NCBI GenBank assembly: GCA_002269645.1
Contig: NIVC01000296.1
Location: 1 to 64,000 of the forward strand
Direction: 5' to 3'
From: Macrostomum lignano
Taxonomy: Eukaryota
Length of the DNA: 64,000 nucleotides
Made by a program: the position numbers and the translations under genes. Under the pieces are notes generated by a model, which had not been told where the DNA came from, did no database searches, and saw only the letters and a program-made list of their open reading frames with translations. Of this stretch, positions 1-10,350 are shown piece after piece. The stretch's first letter is position 1; each line of letters opens with the position of its first letter.

Positions 1-1057
1 TCAATTTCCCGGCGGGGACACTGGGAGACTTTACAAGGCACACAGTGTAAAGTCCCTGTGCGTACATGCATGACTGTGCACGTATCTAATATGATCATCG
101 AATCTGCATGTTGACGTCTAACAGATCTGCAGATAACGCCTCTATCGCCAGTTGTGCGACACCCGCTTAAAGTCGCCAGGATATATGCACACAAGCCCAG
201 CCCTGACTTGACAACTAAACAAAATCCCCCCCCCCAACAGACTGCTGGCAGCGGTGGGAATAAATGTATGTATAGCCCTATCTTTAAAGGCAGTGCATGA
301 TGACAAGCCTAGTAATGGTAGAGTTTGCATGGTACATCAGAATTATTTCCTAAATGTATTATCTTTAGTATTTTATGAATTTAATCCTCAGTTAAGTAGG
401 AGGAACATACGCAATGTACATTGCGTATATCTGTCGCTATAATTCAAGCTGATCATATAACAATAATACTTTATTTTTTGAGTTTTTACAGAGAAATTAA
501 TACAAGTTACAAATAACAAATGCATAAAAAATACTAGCTCTAAGTGTTTGAGAATGACCCATACAATGACCTATTGCTGACCTGACTAGCTGGGGGGGGC
601 AGTTCAAGAATAAAGCATTTTAGTCTCCATATAGTATATTTATAATCACAACTGCTGAAAAAACGAATAACTTTTGACCGTTCCGTAGATTGTCTCTAAT
701 GAAAACTGCAGTTGTCTCCAAATTACATGTATCTGATTGATCGCTACGGTTCAATTATGCAATCAATAGAAACTCTTTCTGAGGTTCTTTTTAAGCTACT
801 TGTAAATCCAGGCACCTGTCTGACTGGGCATTACACTGGTAGAAGATTGATAATGAGTCATAATAATATAAAGTCACTTTAACGTTTTTTATTTTTTGTT
901 GTGAATGCCAAGAAACACCATTAAACTATAGTGCATTCCGTGATTATATAATGCTGGCAAATTCTACATATTTTGATATCTCTTTTTAATTGAAATTTCT
1001 AATGCAAACTGTAGCAAGTCGACCTGCAGCGTTTCAGTGAAAATTTGCTGTCTATAG

Positions 1058-1650
1058 CTGCTAGATCGGTGCAGAAGACCGAAGCCCACACACTGCACAG
1101 CTGGTACGGGAAATGCTGCTTCTTCTTCTACACAGCTCCCGCGACGCGCGGGGACTGGGCGGTCCTGAGGGCACCCCACCTTCCGGAGAAAACGGCAGAC
1201 CGAGTTCGCGTCGTCAAGGTCGAGGGGGGAATGCTGCTGCTGCTGCTGCTGATGCTTTTGATAACCAGCGAGGACAGGCGCGCATTCGGTGCGGTCTACA
1301 TCGGCTCCATCCGCACTTTGAGAGTCGTTACCGAGCTACATGTATTTTCGGATACTGACCTACGACCTCTTGCAAGTAGGAAAAAACACATTTAAGCTGA
1401 TGGACACTGATGGATGCCCTGGAGAAGCAGCTGGACCCGCGCACTCTGCGATGCTGCGCTCTGCGTTTCGACGCAAACGACGCGCTTCCCCCAGCTGCCT
1501 CTGAGGGATGCGAGAGTCCCCAGTTCTGACTCTGACTGGAGAAGCTGGATTTTTGAAAAGTGCAGCCCAAAAGCGTGTGTTCTGACACCTCCCCCCTCGG
1601 CGACCACTCGTGGCCGGCGCGGGGTGTATTTTGTTGTTGTTGCAAGCTGA
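1058..1650 (+). other. Probable 3' exons of an unidentified gene (strand and frame not resolved)
   Basis: Two GC-rich blocks (about 1058-1340 and 1399-1650) in AT-rich DNA. There is a plausible + strand acceptor (tttgctgtctatag, 1057), a GC3-rich + frame (ARSVQKTEAHTLHSWYGKCCFFFY...) and AATAAA at 1658-1663. The in-register antisense frames are also open, and I recognise no protein family. Confidence 0.3.
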
Positions 1651-1792
1651 TATAAATAATAAAATGTAAATTAATATTGATATAATTTCAAATTGCGTAT
1701 ATGAATCAACAGGAAAGGTTTTTATTAAAATCAGACTAGATCGCATTAAAGATCGCTAATAGGGTTGCATACAGTAACTCAAACACAGATAT

Positions 1793-2140
1793 TTACAAGC
1801 CTGCACTCGTATCCGGTTTAAACAGAGCAGCGTACTGGGCAGTGAGGTCCAAATAGTGGTCCGCTTGCGCGGCGTATAGTCCAGATAGCCGTACCGAGGC
1901 GCCGCCGGCTCAATCTGGGTGCCCTCGTGCCATTCGTTGAAGCTGGTGATGCTCAAGAAGACCGGCCGGGCGGCGATGGCCGTGCGAAGGCCATCAGTGT
2001 AGTAGCGACCGCCCTCGCGCTGCCTGGTGTTCTCGGCGTTCCAGGGCCGCACAGCCGTATCGATGTAACCGGGCCCGATGCTGGGCGCGAATGCGACTCC
2101 CGCGGTTGAGCACTGCCTGCTCATCGCGGCCCAGTTCGAC
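1793..2140 (-). CDS. MANEA: Glycoprotein endo-alpha-1,2-mannosidase (GH99), last exon, with an apparent 1-nt deletion at about 1863
   Basis: Motifs FAPSIGPGYIDTAVRPWN and LSITSFNEWHEGTQIEPA...YLDY are typical of GH99/MANEA. Acceptor aaaacag|G at 2140. Restoring one base at about 1863 gives KPDHYLDLTAQYAALFKPDTSAGL* (TAA at 1795-1793). Minus-strand AATAAA at 1726-1721. Confidence 0.9.
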
Positions 2141-2324
2141 CTGTTTTTGGACAAGTTAAGACGACTATTCACGTATTATTTAAGCTTTTTTGGCATTTGT
2201 GCAAATATTGTTTCATATTTGTTGCTAGTAGTATGCAACTCAATGTGCACAGCTAGCCAATGAAAGGCTGGGAGTAGACGAAGTACATGTACAATGCAAA
2301 TGTAGCTGCTGTAGGTTGCTCCTG

Positions 2325-2887
2325 CGGCCGCCCCTCCGCAGCCCCTGATGCCGGCCCTGATGCCGCCCCTCCGCCGCCCCTGCTGCCGGCCCTCCGCCGC
2401 CCCTGCTGCCGCCCCTGATGCCGGCCCTGATGCCACCCCTGATGCCGCCCCTCCGCCGCCCCTGATGCCACCCCTGATGCCGCCCCTGATGCCACCCCTG
2501 ATGCCGCCCCTCCGCCGCCCCTGATGCCGGCCCTCCGCCGCCCCTGCTGCCGCCCCTGATGCCGGCCCTGATGCCGGCCCTCCGCCGCCCCTGCTGCCGC
2601 CCCTGATGCCACCCCTGATGCCGGCCCTCCGCCGCCCCTGCTGCCGCCCCTGATGCCGGCCCTGATGCCGCCCCTCCGCCGCCCCTGATGCCTTCCCTGA
2701 TGCCGGCCCTCCGCCGCCCCTGATGCCGGCCCTGATGCCGCCCCTCCGCCGCCCCTGATACCGGCCCTCCGCCGCCCCTGCTGCCGCCCCTGATGCCGGC
2801 CCTGATGCCGGCCCTGATGCCGGCCCTGATGCCGGCCCTCCGCCGGCCCTGCTGCCGTCCCTGATGCCACCCCTGATGCCGCCCCTC
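2325..2887. repeat. GC-rich minisatellite (about 12-bp units such as GCCCCTGATGCC / GCCCCTCCGCC) in MANEA intron 2
   Basis: Direct inspection; it accounts for the Gly/Arg/Ala-rich pseudo-ORFs at 2176-2910. Confidence 0.9.
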
Positions 2888-3009
2888 TGGATACCCTGAC
2901 ATTGTGCCATTTTAGAAACTATTTTAACTCCCTAATCCGAATAGACACATTTGATTTAGTAAATAAATCAAATATTTAGACTGCAAAACATTTTCCACAA
3001 CACCCTAAC

Positions 3010-3282
3010 CTAGTAGAAGCCTGCGTGAAGCCGTCAGCAGCAAAATAAGTATACGCTCCATCGAAGCCGCTCTCTTTAATTGTTTGACAATCGCCAATCG
3101 ACATAGCCAAGCCGAACATCAGGGCGTCCTCTGACTTGCCGCGGATGCTGGCAGATCCGCCGAGACCGCCGCCAAGTAGCAGCGGGCGCCAGAGACTGCG
3201 CGGAATCCGATAGCTATCGTAGATATAGTGCACCGGCAGCCAGCGACCGTCGCGGGTCCGTTCTCGATAGAAAGCCGGATGC
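3010..3282 (-). CDS. MANEA: MANEA-like exon 2
   Basis: Acceptor gcatccag|G at 3282 and donor AG|gttagg at 3010; both flanking introns are phase 2 and in frame. Translation HPAFYRERTRDGRWLPVHYIYDSY...GFDGAYTYFAADGFTQAST matches the GH99 core. Confidence 0.9.
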
Positions 3283-3515
3283 CTGGATGCAATAAATAAA
3301 TAACATTAGCGCTTTATACTACTGATCTGGCGATATTAAGTAGGTGAGTAGGGAATCTATGCAAGAATATGACTAAAAAAGATGTTGCTATTCAGAAGCA
3401 AGCACCCAGCAAGCAGTGGCGCGCTTGTCTGCCCGCCCCATCAATCCAGAATCCTCTGGTGAAACCGGTGAAAATAGGTCATGTTACCTGTATAAGATAA
3501 TATTGATTTACAAAC

Positions 3516-4219
3516 CTGGCATGAGTAGCGGCTATGTAGCGCAGATGACGGCGCAGATTAGCAGGCGACCTGCCCGCATAGGGTTCAATATGCAGAGCCA
3601 AGCGCAATTGGAATTCCCGAGCAGCCGACAGCAGCATTGGAACCAGCCGATCAACCGGTCGACCATTGCCATCCGCCATGCCGGGCGGATACCAGGACAC
3701 AACCACAGTACCAGCGCCCGACCGTCTGATCTGGGCAAAGTGGCGGCGTACAACACTGATATTGGCGCTAGAATAGGGACCCAGTTCCGGGTAAAAATTG
3801 GCGCCAATGTCGCCAGGTGGCGTATGGCCGGCTTGGCTAAATTTTCGCGCCCGTTCAGCGTTCCAGTGCGGCAGGCGGCTGTGATTCCAGTGCAGCCAGG
3901 CGCCATCAGTGCCGGGCTCGCCGTACCAGGCGTAATAAAATATGTGCACACGATAGTTGGGCAGCGACGGCCCATTCTGATTGGCTGCCGGGGTAAGACT
4001 GGAAACAACCATCCCATCCTTCGCCTGGGCAGCCGGCGTCTCCGATTGGCTAGGAGGAGGAGGAGGCTGGGGAAAGCTACCAGCGAGCCAGATTATGCAG
4101 CCAATCAGAGCGGTCAGAGCCAAGCAGCGAGCCAATAAGCGCCGTTTCAACAGCACGCGACGCAAGATTGGGGTAACAATGCCTGGAGTTGGCGAACGGG
4201 AGACAATAATTAAGGTAAT
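3516..4219 (-). CDS. MANEA: MANEA-like exon 1 (signal anchor plus N-terminal catalytic region); true start unresolved
   Basis: Basic tail plus hydrophobic anchor (LLARCLALTALIGCIIWLAG), then VHIFYYAWYG, HWNH, DIGANFYPELGPYSS and LALHIEPYAGRS. Donor AG|gtttgt at 3516. The frame is open from 4219, but no ATG precedes the anchor. Confidence 0.85.
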
Positions 4220-6089
4220 CTAGTAAAGCTTAGATTTCAATAGCTAACTACAATATTTTATTGACAGCCATATAGATAGAAATATCGATTTTTTAAGACG
4301 CTTGTTGGTAGATCTAACAGTTTGTAAAATGCTTTTTTGTTTGTTTTGCCTGCTCCACCTCGAAATTTATACAGTTTTAGGCGCATCAAATAGTTATTTA
4401 ACACATGCATAAATGCATATTTGCACGAGGGCTGTGGGCACCCTGGCGAAACGCTTACGGACGGGGGGGAATGCTGAGATTTCAAGGCTTACTGGAAGCG
4501 TGGGTACATTATATACGCGTAATATTTTCATTATATCATTTTCAATGCTGAAAATCTTCAAGGTTTGGTTAAAAATCATAGTATTTTAGGCAGTAGGTTT
4601 TGTTTGCCTTTGGAAATTTTATCTGTTGTGTGTAAATAAAAAGATTGACTGATACTTTCAGTTCAGTAGCAAAGAAAAATATATAAAAAAAAGCAGCTGA
4701 AATGACTTTGATAAGTTTAGAAGCCCAATCTTGCAGGCGTAAACAACTTGCTAATTGGTTCTGCAGTAATGTACATTAGCCAGTCCACTGAAATGTACAT
4801 GGCAGCTTTTAGGCTGGAATTCCGAGAAAGGCAATAAAAATTGGGGCGGGGCGGGGGGTAGTGTGGAAAGGCGCGGTTGGAGGGTTTAAGCTGGTGGGTA
4901 AGAGCCAATAAATGAGCCTTGGCTTTAAAAATACATTAAAATGCTTTCTGTTTAACTTACTACTTGAACTGAAAGTACGAGTAGCTTGCACGCAAATGTG
5001 CTGAGTGGCCCGTCTAGTTACTCTAGTATCTATGGTATTGTGTGGGATTCCTGGCAGTACCTAAACTTCACAGACATCATTATTCGCTAACATTCTGGCA
5101 ACTAGCTAATATGAGCGTAATATTAAAAAAATTCGAAACTTCCAATTTAATCATTATCTTGTGAAGACATTATAATAATAATAATACTAATAATAGCATT
5201 GACTGCGCAATATATTTGAATTGAATGAAAGTCACAGCAGCAGCAGTATTAATAAGGCAGCAGTATGCTCGTAGCAACAAATTTGAACAATACTTTGCGT
5301 ACATGCATACAAGTGCACAGGTATTGATCATGTCTGGGTTACAGGTGCTGCAGTCACTATTGAAAGACGGCACTATTAGCTTACAATATCAGTGATAAAG
5401 TAATACTACATGTAAACTTCATACTATACGTATTGCATTTTCAGATGGAAAATCATTCGGTATAACTCAAAGCCGGTGCAAGCATCCTCACCATAGACTA
5501 CTTAAGCTTCCCAGACAGTAAAGTAGTCACAGAAAAGAGCATTATTAACTAATTTCGGTACAAAACTTTGAGCAATCTTGTTTTGTAATCATTTTATCAG
5601 AGAAAAATAAGAATAACAAATAATTGAAAGAGAAAATTTAATTAGCGAAAAGCGCGCAACTAAGCAAAAAAATACAATGCTTTGCATACATAAGCTGTCT
5701 GTCTGGTTTGAACATCATAATAAAAATATCCAGCTCAAAGAACGGCACACACAACTTATTATTCACAATCCATCTCTTAGCACTCTGACACCAGAAGTGG
5801 TGCGCTTGTCATACAAACTTTCAGGTCGGTCAGGTTATAGATGTAGATATAAACATTTGCAGGAGGGCTGCGGGGGCACCCTCACGCAATGCCTTCAGCG
5901 ACATTGTCAAACAACCAGCGCTGAGGCAGTGTTCGGCGCGGGGTGGGGGTATGCAATTTTTCGCGCCTTGTGTAAATTTTCGCGCCTATGAGTTCTCTAC
6001 TATAAAACCTAGCGTAGGTGCAGTGGCGGAACAAGGAGCTTAACTTGACAAGTCCGCGCGCCGAATGAATGATGATCCGAATGATGCCG

Positions 6090-6420
6090 AATGAACCACA
6101 GGGCCCTGCTTGGACTCAACCGCAGGAACATCAGGACGGGTGATCATGGCTGTTTCGCTAGGCATCGCTATCTCCAGGAAAAAACCCGTAGCGAGGAATG
6201 CTCCTTCTGCCTCTCCGGTGTCGAGATTGCGGAGAATTTCATCTGTGACTGCCCCGCCGTCTTTACTCAGGACAGGTTCACCTACCTCGGCCCTAACCCG
6301 GACCTCTCCAGACGTTTTCAGGCCCGAGAATCTCTGCCAGCTCGTCCGTTAAGGTCTAACGGGCGAGCGACCACCCACCTGGACTCTCCGGAGGCCAGCC
6401 GCCCGTGGTTGCCAGGGCTA
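6090..6420 (+). mobile_element. 3' fragment of a non-LTR retrotransposon ORF2 (C-terminal CCHC zinc knuckle)
   Basis: GHGCFARHRY...CSFC...E.AENFICDCP matches the TGHG..H...C..C....ET..H....CP pattern at the end of RNase H-bearing LINE ORF2s. Confidence 0.7.
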
Positions 6421-6591
6421 TCCGGATGCCCGGATGTCAATCAGACGAATGTTTCAGTTTATGAATAACTAAAAAAATTCTAGGCAAACCACAAAGCTTG
6501 TGAGTGAATGAACTAGCTAGCACAATGAACAGGCAAAGCGTGTCTGAGATCCGCAGCAAACAATTGAACTACAGGCTATAAGAATCTGTTG

Positions 6592-7068
6592 CTATCTAAC
6601 ATATTCGTTAGGCAGGGCGCTCCGTTCTAGTTGATCAAAGTCGACGCCCGGTATGCTGAAGTGATTAGCCAAATCCGTATCGTTCAGCCCGTAGCCAAAC
6701 ACCTTTCTATCGCACGAATAGGCCGACACGTTGAAATCGTAGGCCCTGCCTAGCACTACGTTCAGCGCCGACGTGTCGTACAGGTGGCAGCCGCTGTAAC
6801 GAAAGTACGGCCGGATGTCACCGAATCGGCAACCGCTGCCGAGCACTACGAAGGGCCGGCCCGACCCAGCGGGCAGCCAGCACGCTGGTCGGAGGGCGCA
6901 CCGGGACCAGGGCAACAGGAGGCGCCGGTGGACGAACGGCGAGGCGGCGAGGACAAGATGAGCGGCAGACACCATCCGGTGCAGGCGATAGTCGTGCAGA
7001 CTAGCGTTGAGCAGCTCGAAGGTCTGCGGATGCGTGAACGCCGTAGTTGGCGGTGGAAACGACCAGGC
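6592..7068 (-). CDS. DUF1647-like putative sugar-transferase protein, exon 2
   Basis: Acceptor ccctccctccttccag-type pyrimidine tract ending at 7069, phase 0. Translation AWSFPPPTTAFTHPQTFELL...LPWSRCALRPACWLPAG...CH.YD.SALNVVL ends at TAG 6594-6592. Confidence 0.7.
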   Translation of the reverse strand, partial: AWSFPPPTTAFTHPQTFELLNASLHDYRLHRMVSAAHLVLAASPFVHRRLLLPWSRCALRPACWLPAGSGRPFVVLGSGCRFGDIRPYFRYSGCHLYDTSALNVVLGRAYDFNVSAYSCDRKVFGYGLNDTDLANHFSIPGVDFDQLERSALPNEYVR

Positions 7069-7190
7069 CTGGAAGGGAGGGAGGGAGGGAGTGAATGAAA
7101 GGTTTCATTAATATCTTCTTGTAATACGGCAAAATAATTTATAGTTTCACTTCGGTCACGTTGGAAAGGGGCAGAGCAGTGCGGGAGCAC

Positions 7191-7593
7191 GAGAATTTCC
7201 CGCAGGAAGTTTTCCCGCCGAGGTTTACAGGCGTGAGCTTTTCTTACAGGAGGGGTTTCCAGTCGGAATTTCAAGTCAAATCCAATCTTTTTAAAAATAG
7301 ATTAGACTAGATTAGAACTAGACTAGAATAAAATAGACTAGATTATAACTAGACTAGAATAAAATAGATTAGACTAGATTAGAGATAGACTAGATTAGAA
7401 CTAGACTAGACTAGATTGAAACTAGACTAGTACAAAATAGACTAGACTAGATTAGAACTAGACTAGACTAGCGATTTAAAATCCGATTGGATTAGACTTG
7501 AAATTCCGACTGGACACCCCTGCGGGAAAACCTCGCTGCGGGAAAAGCTCGTCGGGCAAACCTCGGTGGGAAAACCTCCTGCGGGAAATTCTC
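7191..7593. mobile_element. Foldback/MITE-like insertion in the DUF1647 intron: about 100-bp inverted arms around a (CTAGA)n-type pentamer repeat
   Basis: Arm 7191-7294 (gagaatttcccgcagg...ccagtcggaatttcaagtc...) is the imperfect reverse complement of 7476-7593. The centre 7295-7470 is degenerate CTAGA/TTAGA repeat. No TSD found. Confidence 0.7.
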
Positions 7594-7650
7594 ATAGACC
7601 CGAGCAGCGCAGCGGGTAAAAATGTCAGACTCTTGCGCCACGACACCCAC

Positions 7651-8430
7651 CTGCAGTCCAGCGGCTCTCGCATCCTCCAGCACAGGCCTGAGACCCGACA
7701 TTCCGACTGAGAAGCCGGCAGGCCACGGGCCGCCTAAATCGGTCCAAACAACAACGCCAAAGCGTCGCAGCAGGGCGCCGATAGCGAAGGGCTTGTAAGC
7801 CCGCGTGTCTAGCCGGCTGCTGACGTGCTCCGGGTACAGATCGAATCGAAACCGGCGCAGCCTGCACCACCGGCTGGGACAGGCCAGGCCGTCCTTTGCG
7901 CCGGAGGACAATTCCATCAAATCGGCTGTTGTCAATCCCAGATCCCACAGCACCAGAGGCAGGCTGGCATTAAATCTGTCGCGTACCGATCTAATCAAAT
8001 CTATAGCGGCTGACTGTTCGCCAGACTGTACAGCGGTTGCTATGACAACGGAACCCGGCTGCTCCGGCGGAGTGTACGCGGCCAGCAGGGGAGGCAGAGA
8101 AGGCGCCAATGATGAAGATGTCACAGGCTTTGAAGACGATTGAGACAATCGAAACCTGGGCAAGGATATCGGTGACAATAGCCTAGATGAAGATTGAGAA
8201 GCTGCAGCCGGTAGCAGCGCATCGCTGGCGTGAGTCCAATCGTCATCATCCAACGAAGACTTGGCAACTACGGTTCCAAAAGCATCGACAGACGCTTCGT
8301 TAACGCTTGCATCAATATTTTCCGTCAGGTGATAATGCGACGTATAAATTGAAGGCAGCAGGTGGCCAGCCAGTTGGTATACTACTAATAGTAGCACTAT
8401 GCTTAATATAAGCTTAAACCGGGGTCGCAT
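7651..8430 (-). CDS. DUF1647-like type II membrane protein, exon 1
   Basis: ATG at 8430, N-terminal anchor (LILSIVLLLVVYQLAG) and Ser/Pro-rich stem. Motifs LVLWDLGL, C...C.LRRFRFDLYPEHV, AYKP and VVWTD resemble DUF1647 proteins. Donor CAG|gtgggt at 7651. Confidence 0.72.
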
Positions 8431-9289
8431 TTTGATGCATGAAATTGTACTGAATAATAATAATACTATTCAAGGCGTACAAATTAGGGATTAGTTGATT
8501 GATTATTCCATTGGTTTCATGAAACAATCAAATTCAGGTTGTTCAGTTAGAGCATTAAGTAACACCATGTAAGCACAAATGAGATGCAGTAATTTATTTA
8601 TTAAAATTTTATTTCTATTTATACCACTTGACATTAAATTCAATGGCAATAAGGCCTAGTAGGTCTTAGACAATAAAGACAAAAAATCCTAGGATCTTTT
8701 CAAAACCTCCATGCCTAAATATTCAGATAGACTATGCTTTGTGTATTTGCCTTATACTGTTAATAATGAGACATCAACTATAATTTTGGCATCCTAAATT
8801 TAATTACTGGATGCCAAATTGGCACTGCTATTTTCCATATTTCCATACTTTATTTAAAGTATCATTGATTGGTTATCCAATTGATTTTAGATGTAGTCTA
8901 GGATGCCAAATGGCACAGTGATTCTTCTTCTTCTTCATTTAAATTTTTACATAATACTAAGAAATATATCATGATTCTCATTATTGACTATATAGCTATG
9001 GACCTATGGTGGTACTATACTTGATTTATTGTCATGTTTTCCTTGGTATATGTGTGATCATTAATAGATACCAAGTATAAATACATAGCTAGATAGCTTT
9101 AGAATCATGATATCAATAGCACAACTAGAAATTTGTTGAGAAAAGTAGATTCTGGAAGGTAAAAACTTCTTCCAGGTAAAAACTAGAAGGTAAAGACTCA
9201 ATCCCATCTATCCTTCTCCTAAGCCAAAGGTATAAGGTCACTATTCAGCCTCAACATAAGGCGAGTGACAGCTGGAGCAATTCTGAAGT

Positions 9290-10350
9290 CCACTGTTACA
9301 CTGATGGCTTTATGAGGCATGGTCTTTTAGGCTTTGGAGCTTGTGTCTTCTCCAAGGGAGAAGTGGTGTGGAGCCATACATGCGCAACCTTGGGATTCAC
9401 TCGGCTATTTCTATTGGCAACTCACACATGTAAGTCACTATTGGCCAAGAGCAGTCACGTGACTATTATTCCGTCCAATAGCAACTTACATGTGTGTGTT
9501 GCCAATTAGAAATGGCCGGGTGAATCACAAGGTTGCGCCCAAGCATGTGTGGAGCTACTCCTAGCACACTGGGCTCAACTCCAGTGTTTATCAAAGCAAG
9601 GTGCTTGCCATCAGCTCCTATGTGGCAAAGCTAAGCTGAAGGCAGCTTAGTGGTTGGAAATTTATTTTTCACTTTGACAGCCAAGTAGCCCTTTAGGCCC
9701 TCTGCTGCAGCACTACCAGCTCTAAGTCCATCTTGGACTGCAATACCCAGCTCAATGGGCTTATGCTAGGTAACTAGATAGAGCTCAGATGGATCCTGGG
9801 CCACGCTGGTTTCCTTAGCAACAAGCACACTGACTTGCTAGCTAAGGCTGGCTTTACTGGCGCGCTGCTAGGGCTGGGCCTGGGGGCCCCTATTCCTGCC
9901 TTGGTGATCAATTCCTGCATCAAGCACTAGACTGATTCCGAGCATCCCTACAGGTGGCACAACACCCGAAATTGCAGGCAATCCCATGCTGCTATCCCTT
10001 GCCTTTCTCCTTTCCTATATAGAGCCTTCCTCAGGCTTAACCACAGAGACCTCAGAGCAGTCAACATGGCCCTCTCTGGGTATGATTGCTTTGCTTGCCA
10101 CCACTTCCTTCAGGGCTAAGTACCCAAGGAGTGATGCCCCTTTTGCCACTCAGGCAGTGAAAACACCAAGCATTTTATCTGCCACTGCCTAGTTTTTACT
10201 AGGGCTAGACTTATTCACCTTGGGCCAAACCTGGTTCTTTTAAACATTTGTAGGCCCAACAGCATCCTGCTGCTTGCCTAGTACCTTAGGGACATTGACA
10301 TAGGACAAGCTAAGTTCTTCCCCACTGCCAGTGAGGAGGACTGAGCTGTA
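9290..10350 (+). mobile_element. Degraded non-LTR retrotransposon 3' part (RNase H plus CCHC), CpG-depleted
   Basis: Remnant motifs CYTDG (9295), SVYQSKVLAI (about 9580), DSQVAL (9676), WILGHAGFLSNKHTDLLAKAG (about 9790) and a C-terminal C..C...H...C region (about 10130); many stops. Confidence 0.7.

Noticed and set aside
2176-2910. Gly/Arg/Ala-rich ORFs in three frames
   Set aside because: They lie in an intronic minisatellite between well-supported MANEA splice sites.
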